Shown piece by piece: positions 47,249 to 56,894 of a stretch of DNA of 64,000 nucleotides; position 1 is the stretch's first letter; each line of letters begins with the position of its first letter. Origin of the DNA: Candidatus Micrarchaeota archaeon (lineage in GTDB: Archaea > Micrarchaeota > Micrarchaeia > Norongarragalinales > UBA97); the NCBI GenBank assembly GCA_016194335.1, contig JACQBR010000001.1:19460-83459 (forward strand), given 5' to 3'. Made by a program: the position numbers and the translations under genes. Below the pieces are notes generated by a model that worked only from the letters and a program-made list of their open reading frames with translations, was not told the DNA's origin and made no database searches.

Positions 47249-47370
47249 GCAACCCTTTCTTCGCTTTTCTCGTCGCGCTTGGTTGCGCTCCTCGAGAAAG
47301 CTCGAAAGCGTTGACGGAAATTGGGAAAGAGAAAGCAGGTGAATGCAAGTTGCAGAAGCTCGAAACTACA

Positions 47371-47505
47371 ATGAAGCACCGAGGCAACAGGAAATGCCGT
47401 TTTTGCGGCAACGTGCGCGGACTAGTCAGGAAGTACGGGCTTTACATCTGCCGCAAGTGCTTCCGCGAGCGCGCGGTTGAGCTGGGCTTCAAGAAATACG
47501 GTTGA
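47371..47505 (+). CDS. rps14: 30S ribosomal protein S14 (type Z, zinc-binding)
   Basis: 44-aa [47 protein letters not shown]; CxxC..CxxC. Confidence 0.8.
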   Translation: MKHRGNRKCRFCGNVRGLVRKYGLYICRKCFRERAVELGFKKYG

Positions 47506-47529
47506 AAAATTTAGGGACTGTGCAAGAAC

Positions 47530-47913
47530 ATGGATACACTTTCAGGGGCGCTAAACTCCCTCAAGATGGCGGAATTCCGAGGGAAAAGCCAGTGCAAGAT
47601 TTCCCCGGCTTCCAAGGTAATCCGCGAGGTGCTGCTCATACTGCAGTCCAACGGCTACGTCGGCGAGTTTGAATTCGTCGACGACGGCAAGGGCGGCTAT
47701 TTCATCGTCAACCTGACGGGCCGCATCAACGACTGCGGCGTGGTCAAGCCGCGCTTTGCAGTGAAGAAGAGCGAGTGGGAGAAGTACGAGAGCCGCTTCC
47801 TTCCCGCAAGGGGCGTCGGCCTTCTCATTGCCTCCACGCCGCAGGGCATCACCACCCACGGCTCGGCAAAGGAGAGGGGCGCGGGCGGCAGGCTCCTGTG
47901 CTTCGCGTATTAG
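47530..47913 (+). CDS. rps8: 30S ribosomal protein S8
   Basis: 127 aa; S8 family sequence; position S14-S8-L6. Confidence 0.9.
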   Translation: MDTLSGALNSLKMAEFRGKSQCKISPASKVIREVLLILQSNGYVGEFEFVDDGKGGYFIVNLTGRINDCGVVKPRFAVKKSEWEKYESRFLPARGVGLLIASTPQGITTHGSAKERGAGGRLLCFAY

Positions 47914-47916
47914 GAT

Positions 47917-48456
47917 TTGGTAGAATCTGGATTGTGTGTCGTGATGAAAATCGCTTCAGGCGTTTCCGTTTCCGTTTCGGGCCGGGCCATTGCCGTCAGC
48001 GGGCCGAAGGGCGCGGTTTTCCGGCAGTTCAATCCCGTCGACGTGGTGGTTGCCGTCAGCGGCGACGAGGTGGACGTGAGGATGCCGGAGGGGAAGAAGG
48101 AAGACCGCCGTGCAAAGGCGATGGTCAACGCAATTGCCGCCCACGTGCGCAACATGATGGAAGGAGTGCAGAAGGGCTATGAGAAAAAACTCACCCTCGT
48201 TTACGCGCATTTTCCCGTCACCGTCACGGAGAAGGGCGGCGTGATTACCGTGAAGAATTTCTTCGGGGAGAAAAGCCCCCGCACCACCCGCGTCGTTGGC
48301 AAGGAGACGAAGGTCAAGGTGGACAAGCAGGAAGTGACCATAAGCGGCATTGACAAGGAGGCGGTCGCGCAGACTGCGGCGAACCTCATGTCCGCGACGC
48401 AAATCACCAAGCGCGACAGGCGCGTCTTCCAGGACGGGCTTTACCTTACGCCTTAA
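47917..48456 (+). CDS. rpl6: 50S ribosomal protein L6
   Basis: 179 aa; two L6 alpha/beta repeats; true start may be Met at 47944. Confidence 0.85.
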   Translation: MVESGLCVVMKIASGVSVSVSGRAIAVSGPKGAVFRQFNPVDVVVAVSGDEVDVRMPEGKKEDRRAKAMVNAIAAHVRNMMEGVQKGYEKKLTLVYAHFPVTVTEKGGVITVKNFFGEKSPRTTRVVGKETKVKVDKQEVTISGIDKEAVAQTAANLMSATQITKRDRRVFQDGLYLTP

Positions 48457-48511
48457 GGGAGAGGAATGCGCCAACGGCCCGCCGGCAAAAAAATCAGGAT
48501 CACGATTGAAT

Positions 48512-48904
48512 ATGGAATCCGAACCCGTTTCGAAAACTTCGGCAAAGCCGCCCGGACAGCCCAAGAAGGTTGCCAAGAAAGTCCCGCGCTTCGTGCGCCA
48601 GAATTCGGCGCTGAAGAAAAGGGTCCGCCAGCCTTGGCGCTATCCCCGCGGGATTGACAACAAGCAGAGGATGCAGATGAGGGGCACGGGCGTGATGCCT
48701 TCAATAGGCTACCGCACGCCCAGGGCCCAGCGCCACATGCATCCAAGCGGCGTTTTTGAAAGGCTGGTGCAGAATGTCGGAGAGCTCCAAGCCGCGTCGA
48801 AAAGCGCGGGGATGGCCGTGCGCATCGGCGGCGGCGTGGGAAAGCGGAAGAGGACGGAAATCCGCATCCTCGCGAGAAAACTCGGAGTGAAGGTGCTAAA
48901 CTGA
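48512..48904 (+). CDS. rpl32e: 50S ribosomal protein L32e
   Basis: MESEPVSKTSAKPPGQPKKVAKKVPRFVRQNSALKKRVRQPWRYPRGIDNKQR..; internal Met of ORF 48350..48904. Confidence 0.8.
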   Translation: MESEPVSKTSAKPPGQPKKVAKKVPRFVRQNSALKKRVRQPWRYPRGIDNKQRMQMRGTGVMPSIGYRTPRAQRHMHPSGVFERLVQNVGELQAASKSAGMAVRIGGGVGKRKRTEIRILARKLGVKVLN

Positions 48905-48905
48905 A

Positions 48906-49385
48906 ATGAGCCTCAAGACGGTCAAGCGCGTCGCTTGCCGCATTTTCGGCTGCGGAGAGTCCCGCGTGGTCATAGCGGACGCCAAGAAGGCATCAGAGGC
49001 CCTCAGCGCCGACGACGTCCGCGAGCTGTTCAAGAGCGGCGCGATGAGGATTTCCCCCGTTATTGGAGTGGGCCGCGGGAAGGCGCGCAAGAACAAGAAC
49101 GCCCGGCACGCGGGCCGCGGAAGGGGAGTGGGAAGCAGGCGCGGTTCGCCCAATGCGGTCCTCAGCCTCAAGACGCGCTGGATTGCAAAAGTCCGCTCGC
49201 TCCGCGCGGCACTGCGCGCTTCGAAACACTCGCTGGCAAACAAGGATTACGCCAAGCTCTACCGCATGGTGAAGGGAAACGCTTTCGCCTCGAGGCGGCA
49301 GCTTCGCGAGCACATCAACGCGATGGCATCCTCTGCAAGCGCCGGCGCGGCCGAAGCGGGGCAAAAGGGAGCCAAGAAAGCTTAG
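48906..49385 (+). CDS. rpl19e: 50S ribosomal protein L19e
   Basis: MSLKTVKRVACRIFGCGESRVVI.. L19e N-terminus. Confidence 0.85.
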   Translation: MSLKTVKRVACRIFGCGESRVVIADAKKASEALSADDVRELFKSGAMRISPVIGVGRGKARKNKNARHAGRGRGVGSRRGSPNAVLSLKTRWIAKVRSLRAALRASKHSLANKDYAKLYRMVKGNAFASRRQLREHINAMASSASAGAAEAGQKGAKKA

Positions 49386-49520
49386 GGCAGAAATAGGATT
49401 TTACGTAAGGGTTTGGGAAAGGCAGAACAAGATCACAAAAATAATTTGGCTGAATTGGATTTTTAAAAAAATAATTGTATTCGAAAAAAATGATTTATTT
49501 CCAGGAAGGTAGTTTTTGAC

Positions 49521-50027
49521 TTGACAAAGGCAACAGGGCCGATTTTCGACGTGCATTTCAGGCGCAGGCGCGAGGGCGTGACGGACTACGCCAAGCGGCT
49601 CAGGCTTCTTAAGGGCAGGCTGCCCCGCCTCGTGGTCCGCAGGACCGGCCGCCATGTAATTGCGCAGGTGGTGGAATTCGCAGGCGACGGGGACAAGACG
49701 GTTGCGTCGGCGTCTTCAAAGGACATTGGCAAGCTCGGTTTTGCCAAGTTTTCCAAGTGCAACGCGCCCTCCGCATACCTTGCAGGAAGGCTCGCCGCGA
49801 GGCGCGCCGTGAAGAAAGGCGTGAAGAAAGCGGTGCTCGACCTCGGAAGGCAGGACGCGACGAAGGGAAGCATACTTTTCGCGGCCGCCAAGGGCGCCAA
49901 CGACGGCGGGGTCGAAGTGCCGCTTGACGATTCGGTAGTCCCCTCAAAAGACAGGCTCGAGGGAAAGCACCTCAAGGGAGCGGATGGCGAGTTCGCTTCG
50001 GCAGTTGCCAAGATAGACACATCATGA
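49521..50027 (+). CDS. rpl18: 50S ribosomal protein L18
   Basis: PRLVVRRTGRHVIAQVVEF..L18/L5e signature. Confidence 0.85.
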   Translation: MTKATGPIFDVHFRRRREGVTDYAKRLRLLKGRLPRLVVRRTGRHVIAQVVEFAGDGDKTVASASSKDIGKLGFAKFSKCNAPSAYLAGRLAARRAVKKGVKKAVLDLGRQDATKGSILFAAAKGANDGGVEVPLDDSVVPSKDRLEGKHLKGADGEFASAVAKIDTS

Positions 50028-50076
50028 TAAGTATCCTCGCGCGGCATAATGCATTTGCGACGGTGAAAAAACCACA

Positions 50077-50784
50077 ATGGCTTTCAAGCGACAACGGGAC
50101 AGGCGGCCTTACGAGGACAGGACCCCCAAGGCGGAATGGGCCCCCCGCACTGATTTGGGCCGCAAGGTGCTTGCGGGTGAAGTGACTTCCCTTTCAGACG
50201 TGATGCTCGCGGGAACGAAGATACTCGAGCCCGAAATCATCGACCATCTGGTTCCGGACCTGCGCGAGGAAGTGCTTGAGGTCACCAGCACCCAGAGGAT
50301 GACGGCATACGGCCGCAAGCAGCAGATGCGGGCGGTGGCAGTGCTTGGGAACGGCGCGGGAGTCGTGGGCGCGGGCATCGGCAAGGCGCTCGAAACGCGC
50401 GATGCAATTTCCGAGGCGGTCAAGGACGCAAAGAAGCACTTGGTAATGGTGCAATTGGGCTGCAGCTCGTGGGAGTGCGGATGCGGCACCGGCCACTCGG
50501 TCATCCGCGAGTGCACGGGCCAGAACTCATCCACCCAGATTACGGTCAAGCCAGCGCCCCGCGGCGTGGGGCTCGTGGCGAACGAAACGGCCAAGAAGGT
50601 CCTCACCCTCGCGGGAGTGAAGGACGCATGGACATTCAGCAAGGGACGCACGCGCAACGTGCTCAACATGGTTCTCGCCACGATTCACGCCCTCGACTCG
50701 CTCAACAGCCTCAAGCAGGGGACGAATTCCGAGGAGGAAGCCGCGGCGCCCGAGGCGCAGGAAGCGGCGGCAACAACGGCATGA
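50077..50784 (+). CDS. rps5: 30S ribosomal protein S5
   Basis: S5 dsRBD + C-terminal domain; contains unusual CSSWECGCGTGH insert. Confidence 0.85.
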   Translation: MAFKRQRDRRPYEDRTPKAEWAPRTDLGRKVLAGEVTSLSDVMLAGTKILEPEIIDHLVPDLREEVLEVTSTQRMTAYGRKQQMRAVAVLGNGAGVVGAGIGKALETRDAISEAVKDAKKHLVMVQLGCSSWECGCGTGHSVIRECTGQNSSTQITVKPAPRGVGLVANETAKKVLTLAGVKDAWTFSKGRTRNVLNMVLATIHALDSLNSLKQGTNSEEEAAAPEAQEAAATTA

Positions 50785-50828
50785 GCCGCGGGGGATGCAT
50801 TTGCAATTGATTCGCAATTCAGCAGTGA

Positions 50829-51428
50829 TTGAAAATGGCACAAACTGAAAAGGACAGTTCCGCAAAAGGCAAGGTTCGGCCGGAGCAGACTGAAAAGAAC
50901 GGTTCCGCAAAAGCCGGGGCTCCCGCCGGGAAGGCGAAGGGCAAGAGCGCCTCGCAAGGCGCCAAGCTCATCGTGGCAATACGGGTCAGGGGCCTTCGCG
51001 GAGTGCGGTGGGCTGCGGAAACCACGCTCAACCAACTTGGCGGCGGGGGGTTGCGCCGCAACCACGGGTGCGTTCTTGTGGCAAATTCGCCTTCGGCACA
51101 GGGAATGCTGCGCGAGGCGAAGGACTACATCGCCTGGGGCGAGGCCGACGCTTCCGTCGTCGAGAAGCTTCTGGAGAAGCGCGGGAATGCCGATTCAATC
51201 TCAAAATCAGGTTTCACTTCGGCAAAGGAACTCGCAACTGCGCTTGCGGAAGGAAAGGTCTCCCCCTCCGAAGTGCGCAGGAAAGGCGTCAGCACCATCT
51301 TCACCCTCCACCCGCCCCGCGACGGCTTCGGCAGCTCAATCAAGGGCCAGTACGACGCCAAAGAGGGACGCGGGGTTTTGGGAGACCGGGGCGGGAAGAT
51401 TTCCAGCCTCGTGACGCAAATGCTTTAA
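50829..51428 (+). CDS. rpl30: 50S ribosomal protein L30 with N-terminal tandem-repeat extension
   Basis: L30 ferredoxin-like core LIVAIRVRGL..; N-terminal QTEKDSSAKGK/QTEKNGSAKAG repeats encoded by a ~33-nt tandem DNA repeat. Confidence 0.75.
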   Translation: MKMAQTEKDSSAKGKVRPEQTEKNGSAKAGAPAGKAKGKSASQGAKLIVAIRVRGLRGVRWAAETTLNQLGGGGLRRNHGCVLVANSPSAQGMLREAKDYIAWGEADASVVEKLLEKRGNADSISKSGFTSAKELATALAEGKVSPSEVRRKGVSTIFTLHPPRDGFGSSIKGQYDAKEGRGVLGDRGGKISSLVTQML

Positions 51429-51465
51429 TTCGGGATTAGAAAAAGGGAAAGAAGGTCTTGAAACT

Positions 51466-51942
51466 ATGGCACGAAGAGTGAAGAGCAGGATGAGGAAGCA
51501 TTACGCCAACCGCACTTTCGGCGGCGGCAATGCCAAGAACCGCAGGGGCAAGGGCAACAAGGGAGGCAAGGGCCGCGCGGGCTTCCACAAGCACAAGTGG
51601 CTGCAGACCATTGTCCGGGGCGAGCACAAGAACCGCAAGTACGGGTTCCACTCCGCACGCACGCATTCGCAGACCGTCACGCTCGACCAGCTCAACCGGA
51701 TGATTGCGACCGCCGCTCCCGAAGCGAAGGAACTCGTTCTCAAGAACATGCGCGTGGTTGCCAAGGGCAGGATTAGCGCCGCGATGACAATCAAGGCAGA
51801 AGGATTCTCCGCAGGCGCGCGGAAAGCAATCGAATCAGCGGGCGGCAAGGCAATCGCCCTGCACATCCAGAAGAAAAAGGCCGAAGGGAAGGGCAAGATG
51901 CCCAAGGCCGCAAAGGCGGATGCTCCGGCGGCAAAGGCGTGA
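51466..51942 (+). CDS. rpl15: 50S ribosomal protein L15
   Basis: GGGNAKNRRGKGNKGGKGRAGFHKHK L15 glycine-rich N-terminus. Confidence 0.85.
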   Translation: MARRVKSRMRKHYANRTFGGGNAKNRRGKGNKGGKGRAGFHKHKWLQTIVRGEHKNRKYGFHSARTHSQTVTLDQLNRMIATAAPEAKELVLKNMRVVAKGRISAAMTIKAEGFSAGARKAIESAGGKAIALHIQKKKAEGKGKMPKAAKADAPAAKA

Positions 51943-52180
51943 GATATTCGCAAACAGCCCCCAAAAAGGCCGCAAAAAAAACGAAAGGCTCCCCTGAACA
52001 AATCCGCAAAAAAAATCAGGTGCCGCCCGAAAATGCCAAGGCCCCTCTAAAAAGCAGGGTTCGCCAGAAAAGGCGAGGCAACCCTTGAATTCCCGGAATC
52101 GCGTTCAGATGGCGTAATTAAATAAACTCTGCATCCTAATTCATTGCAACTCTTACCCTTGGACATTAACGGGCTTTGAC

Positions 52181-53602
52181 ATGGGCGCAATCATCGACGC
52201 ACTTACCCCACTTTTCAAGCTTCTTCCCGAAGTCAAGCGCCCCGACCGCGCCCCGGGCTTGCGGGAAAAGCTCGCCTGGACCGCCGGCGCCCTCGTGATT
52301 TTTTTCATCCTCGGCCAGATTTACCCCGCGGGCGTTGACGCCTCCCGCCTCGTGGGTTTCGAACGGCTTGAAATCCTTCTGGGCAGCAGGATTGGCACGC
52401 TCATCACCGCGGGAATCGGCCCCATCGTCTTGGCAAGCATCTTCCTCCAGCTTGGAGTGGGCTCTGGGTTGGTAAACCTCGACTTGAGCGAGCCGGAGAA
52501 CAAGAAGAAGTTCCAGGGGCTGCAGAAATTCCTTTCAATCGCCCTGAGCTTTCTCGAGGCGGGCATCTATGTCTTCTCCGGCTACGTGGGGGTGAACACC
52601 GCCGCCCCGATTTTCGGCAACGTGTTTGCCGCGCAGCTTTTCGTCGGCTTCCAGCTTGCCCTCGGCTCCCTAATCCTGCTCTATCTAGACGAAGTGGTGC
52701 AAAAGTACGGAATCGGAAGCGGCATTTCCCTCTTCATCGCCGCGGGCGTTTCGCAGGCGGTGTTTCTCGGCGCGTTCAGCCTGGGGACGAGCGCAACCGG
52801 GGTGTTTTACGGCCTCATTCCCAAGGCACTCCAGACCGCCGCCGGGGGGGACTTCATCACCGCCCTGTGGTACCTGCCTCCCATCCTCTTCACCATCGTC
52901 ATCTTCATGATGGTGGTTTACGTAGAGGGAATGCGCATCGAGCTTCCCCTCGCCTACGGCAAGGCGCGGGGTTTGGGAGCGCGCTATCCCATCAAGTTCA
53001 TGTACGTAAGCAACATCCCAGTCATCCTCGCAAGCGCCGTGCTTCTCAACGTCCAGCTCTTGGGGCTGGTCTTCGCGCGCGCGGGTTTTTCCATCCTCGG
53101 CGATTACCGAGGGGGCAACCAGCCCGTGAGCGGGTTGGCATACCTCACCTCCGCGCCGCCCTCGCCGCTTCTCGGCGTGTTTGACGGCAATTACTACACC
53201 TACCTCCAGTTCATCCTCCAGCCTTCCGAACTGCTTCACATCCTCGTCTACGGAATCGCCCTTACTTTCCTTTGCGTGGTGTTCGGGTGGTTCTGGATCG
53301 AAAGCACCGGAATGAGCGCGCGCGACGTTGCGAGGCAGCTCGAGCGCGTGGGCCTTCAGATTCCCGGCTTCCGCGCCGACCCGCGCGTTATTGAAAGCGT
53401 GCTCGCGCGCTACATCCCCGTGATCACCGTTCTCGGAAGCATTTTCGTGGGCATTCTCGCGTGGTTTGCCGACATCACCGGCGCGCTTGGAACGGGAACT
53501 GGAATCCTGCTTACCGTGGGAATCCTCTACAAGTTTTACGAGGACCTCGCCCAGCAGCAGCTTTTCGAAATGTATCCCGCGCTCAAGTCGTTCGTCTCCT
53601 AA
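52181..53602 (+). CDS. secY: preprotein translocase subunit SecY
   Basis: 473 aa, 10 TM; canonical position after rpl15. Confidence 0.9.
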   Translation: MGAIIDALTPLFKLLPEVKRPDRAPGLREKLAWTAGALVIFFILGQIYPAGVDASRLVGFERLEILLGSRIGTLITAGIGPIVLASIFLQLGVGSGLVNLDLSEPENKKKFQGLQKFLSIALSFLEAGIYVFSGYVGVNTAAPIFGNVFAAQLFVGFQLALGSLILLYLDEVVQKYGIGSGISLFIAAGVSQAVFLGAFSLGTSATGVFYGLIPKALQTAAGGDFITALWYLPPILFTIVIFMMVVYVEGMRIELPLAYGKARGLGARYPIKFMYVSNIPVILASAVLLNVQLLGLVFARAGFSILGDYRGGNQPVSGLAYLTSAPPSPLLGVFDGNYYTYLQFILQPSELLHILVYGIALTFLCVVFGWFWIESTGMSARDVARQLERVGLQIPGFRADPRVIESVLARYIPVITVLGSIFVGILAWFADITGALGTGTGILLTVGILYKFYEDLAQQQLFEMYPALKSFVS

Positions 53603-53710
53603 AGCCCTTTTCTTTCTTTAGCTCCTCGCGCTTTACGGCGCTTCGTCGCGTAAAGAAAGAAAAGCCCTTGGGGAAAAGAAAGAATAAAAAAGAAAGAAAC
53701 TCCTTTCCCC
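53603..53710 (+). repeat. second copy of hairpin repeat element (CTTTTCTTTCTTT..AAAGAAAGAAAAG) immediately after secY stop; possible terminator
   Basis: Homologous to tRNA-Leu(UAA) intron 31718..31811; perfect 13-bp inverted repeat flanking GC-rich inner stem. Confidence 0.55.
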
Positions 53711-53757
53711 CCCGCATCTTCCCAGAAACGCAAAAACCATTCAAGTCGTGATTTCCC

Positions 53758-54336
53758 ATGACGGGCTCTCTCGCTTGGCTCTACATCCTTCTCGCGGCAT
53801 TAGCTTACGCCCTCTTTACCGTCACGCTCAACAAGGCAATGGGAATCCGCGACAGGCAGAAGTTCCTGCAGAGGGAGGTGAACGCCTACCAGAGGGAGCT
53901 GGGGGAGATTGCCAAGACCAACGACGAGAAGCGGCTCGAAATCCTCAAGACGCGCGAGAAGGACGTCCAAGGCTACATGTTCGAGATGATGCTCCTCCCG
54001 TGGAAGTCGTTCATTTTCATCATTCCCGTCTTTTTCCTCCTCATCGGCACGAACGGGTTTTTGGGGCTGTATTTCAGCGGTCTGCTCAACGGGTGGTTTT
54101 CCGACTTCGTCACCACGCTTCCCATCGGCCTTCACCTCAACGAGATTCTCTCGCTGCGCATCCTATCCCCCAGCGTGTACGGCCCCCGCGGCTTTTTCAT
54201 CGTGTGCGTCATTTTCGCCGGCCTGCTCATAGAGGCGGTTTTCTCCAGGGTCGAAAAGCGGCTGGAGGCGGCAATCGGCTCGGCCAAAAGCGCCATTGCG
54301 GGAAAGAAGGAATCCGCGTCCCCTCCTGCAGCTTAG
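53758..54336 (+). CDS. DUF106-family membrane protein (archaeal Oxa1/YidC/EMC3-like insertase)
   Basis: 192 aa, 3 TM with coiled-coil loop; conserved position between secY and cmk. Confidence 0.65.
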   Translation: MTGSLAWLYILLAALAYALFTVTLNKAMGIRDRQKFLQREVNAYQRELGEIAKTNDEKRLEILKTREKDVQGYMFEMMLLPWKSFIFIIPVFFLLIGTNGFLGLYFSGLLNGWFSDFVTTLPIGLHLNEILSLRILSPSVYGPRGFFIVCVIFAGLLIEAVFSRVEKRLEAAIGSAKSAIAGKKESASPPAA

Positions 54337-54418
54337 GCCCGCGTCCCCTCCGCCCCAAATAACAAGCAATAAAACTGTTTTGAGGGCTTAATCCTATTTT
54401 ATCTAAAATATTATTCAG

Positions 54419-54778
54419 GTGGAATTGATGGTAAATCCGGCAAAGCGTCATTCGAAGAAAGTCACCCGGCGCTCGCCTTCGGGCAAGCGCGTGGTCCTTT
54501 ACGGGGCTAAGAAGCCCTCCGCCGCGTCGTGCGCGCTCTGCGGTGGCAAGCTCCAGGCCGTCCCGAGGCGCAGCGCCAGCGGAATGCGCGCGCTAGCCAA
54601 GACCGAGAAGCGGCCGCAGCGGATTTTCGGCGGCGTGCTCTGTTTTGGATGCACTTCAAAGGTTCTCAAAGAAAGGGCGCGGCTCTCAAGCGGTTCGCTC
54701 ACCCGGGCGGAAGTGGACTTCACGCACCTTCCGTACATAAGCATGCTCAGGAACCAGGACGCTGCAAAGGCCAAATAG
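54419..54778 (+). CDS. rpl34e: 50S ribosomal protein L34e
   Basis: MVNPAKRHSKKVTRRSPSGKRV..CALCGGKL..CFGC zinc ribbon L34e. Confidence 0.8.
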   Translation: MELMVNPAKRHSKKVTRRSPSGKRVVLYGAKKPSAASCALCGGKLQAVPRRSASGMRALAKTEKRPQRIFGGVLCFGCTSKVLKERARLSSGSLTRAEVDFTHLPYISMLRNQDAAKAK

Positions 54779-54795
54779 GCACATGTGGGAAGAAA

Positions 54796-55413
54796 ATGAA
54801 AATCGCGATTTCCGGCCTTACGGGATGCGGAAACAGCACCGCGACGAACAATGTTGCCAGTGCCCTCGGCCTGCCGGTGGTCAATTACACCATGCACAAC
54901 ATGGCGGCCGAAAGTGGGATGGATTTTGAAGAGTTCCACGCGATGGCGCAGAAGAGCGACGCGGTGGACATTGAGCTTGACTCGAAAATAATTGAGCTTG
55001 CGCAGAAGGCAGATGAGCAAAGCGGCGGTTGCGTGGTTGGCACGCGGCTTGCCGGCTGGCTCCTCCAGGACGCGGATTTGCGCGTGTGGCTCCACGCCTC
55101 GCTTGAAGTGCGCGCGAGGCGCGTGGCAAGCCGCGAGGGCCTTCCCTACGCCGAGGTTCTCCAGAGGGTGAGTGCGCGGGACGATGCCGACATTTCGCGT
55201 TACAAGCGCATTTACGGCGTGGACATCAACGACCACGAGGGGTTCGACCTCATCGTCAACACGGAATACCTCACGGCCGAACAGGCCGCTTCCCTCATCG
55301 TGGCGGCGGAAAAGCTCGCGAAGCAGAACCGGCTGAAAAAGCCCATCAAGCTCGCCAGGCACATCCGCGACGTGATTGAAGGGAAGAAAAGGGAATTGGG
55401 CGTGAAGGATTAG
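54796..55413 (+). CDS. cmk: cytidylate kinase (archaeal type)
   Basis: MKIAISGLTGCGNST P-loop; internal Met of ORF 54529..55413; canonical L34e-cmk-L14e order. Confidence 0.8.
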   Translation: MKIAISGLTGCGNSTATNNVASALGLPVVNYTMHNMAAESGMDFEEFHAMAQKSDAVDIELDSKIIELAQKADEQSGGCVVGTRLAGWLLQDADLRVWLHASLEVRARRVASREGLPYAEVLQRVSARDDADISRYKRIYGVDINDHEGFDLIVNTEYLTAEQAASLIVAAEKLAKQNRLKKPIKLARHIRDVIEGKKRELGVKD

Positions 55414-55551
55414 GGTTGCGGGAAGTTTGAAGATTTGGAATTGGGCTTGTAGGGTTAGGGATTGGGGAAGAAACGGATTTGTGTTTTTGAGTTCCAAAAA
55501 GCATAAGCGCTGTTGATTTTGAAAAGCAATTTTTGAAGGTGGTTTTGTCTC

Positions 55552-55713
55552 ATGGCAGTGATTTCGGTTGGAAGGAAGTGCGTGAAGCTCGCGGGCAACG
55601 ACGCGGGAAGCACGGTGACGGTGACGAAGGTAATCGACGCCAACTTCGTCGAAGTGACCGACGCGAAGGGAAAGGCAAAGAGATGCAACGTCAAGCATTT
55701 GGAACCAGTCTGA
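55552..55713 (+). CDS. rpl14e: 50S ribosomal protein L14e (short, 53 aa)
   Basis: Manually found ORF MAVISVGRKCVKLAGNDAGSTVTVTKVIDANFVEVTDAKGKAKRCNVKHLEPV; KOW-like L14e core; not in ORF track (<60 aa). Confidence 0.6.
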   Translation: MAVISVGRKCVKLAGNDAGSTVTVTKVIDANFVEVTDAKGKAKRCNVKHLEPV

Positions 55714-55809
55714 TTGTTCGCCATTCTTGTTCCATTTCGATTCTTTCGCATCCCACTCTTTCTTCACACTACCACCTTTAAGTTTGTGCCAGCCTAATTC
55801 ATTCCATAA

Positions 55810-56742
55810 ATGCCGCTTACCGTCCTGCACAAGGGAAAGTACGAATTTGGAGTTGCTCCGTCACAGCGTAGCTTGGACGCTCTTTTCGGGTACGGCGTGG
55901 CGCTTGTTGACAAGCCAAAGGGCCCGTCAAGCCACGAGGTTTCAAGCTTCGTGAGAAAAATGCTGGGCATCAAAAAGGCGGGCCACTCCGGGACGCTGGA
56001 CCCCGAGGTGAGCGGAGTGCTTCCCGTGCTTCTGCAGAACAGCTGCAAGCTCGCGCCGCTCCTTATGGGAAGCGTGAAGGAATACGTTTGCGTCATGGAC
56101 TGCGCCAAGGAATTTTCAAGGGAGGAGCTTGACGCCGCGCTTGAGAATTTCAGGGGGAAAATCTTCCAGACCCCGCCGCTTGCAAGCGCCGTTGCCAAGA
56201 GGCTGCGCGTCCGAACCGTCTACAAGCTCGAGATTCTCGAGGTGCGGGGAAGAAGCGTGCTTTTCCACTCGCGCGTGCAGGGCGGGACCTACATCCGCAA
56301 GCTCGTTGAGGACGCGGGCAGGGTGCTTGGCGCCGGCACGACGATGGCCGACTTGCGCCGCACGCTCGCGGCGGGGATTGCGGAAAAGGACTGCGTTACC
56401 CTCCAGGAGCTCAGCGACCGCCTCTGGCTCGCACGCGAGCAGGGGAATGAAAAGCCCATCCGCGAGTGCGTGAGGCCCATTGAGGAAGTGGTGAAGGTCA
56501 AGCGCGTAGTTGTCGGCGACGGGATGCTCGTCCCGCTTTCAAGCGGCTCGAACCTCGCCTGCGGCGGGGTGGACGCGCTTGACGGGAAGATTGGGGCGGG
56601 CGATGTCGTGGGAATCTTCACCGGAAAAGGCGAGTTGCACTCCATCGCGCGCGCGTCGCTTGGCACGAATGAAATTGCGGAAAAGAAGAACGAGAGGGAA
56701 ATGGCGTTTGACGTGATGCGGGTTGTGCAAAGCGTGAAGTGA
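55810..56742 (+). CDS. cbf5: tRNA/rRNA pseudouridine synthase Cbf5 (TruB family with PUA)
   Basis: GHSGTLDPEVSGVLPVLL TruB catalytic Asp motif; 310 aa. Confidence 0.85.
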   Translation: MPLTVLHKGKYEFGVAPSQRSLDALFGYGVALVDKPKGPSSHEVSSFVRKMLGIKKAGHSGTLDPEVSGVLPVLLQNSCKLAPLLMGSVKEYVCVMDCAKEFSREELDAALENFRGKIFQTPPLASAVAKRLRVRTVYKLEILEVRGRSVLFHSRVQGGTYIRKLVEDAGRVLGAGTTMADLRRTLAAGIAEKDCVTLQELSDRLWLAREQGNEKPIRECVRPIEEVVKVKRVVVGDGMLVPLSSGSNLACGGVDALDGKIGAGDVVGIFTGKGELHSIARASLGTNEIAEKKNEREMAFDVMRVVQSVK

Positions 56743-56894
56743 AACGAGGCGCGCCTGCGAATTAGGGGTTTCCGCGTGGTTTCATTCAATCGGATTTCTC
56801 TTCTTCATTCCGGCAACAAACTCCTCGCAGATTCGCCCAATGTCACTGATAGCAAATCGCATTAATTCTGGAACTTTAGAAGTGCGATTTGCAA

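Noticed and set aside
54499-55830. 443-aa minus-strand ORF spanning L34e, cmk and L14e
   Set aside because: It is antisense to three well-supported plus-strand genes.
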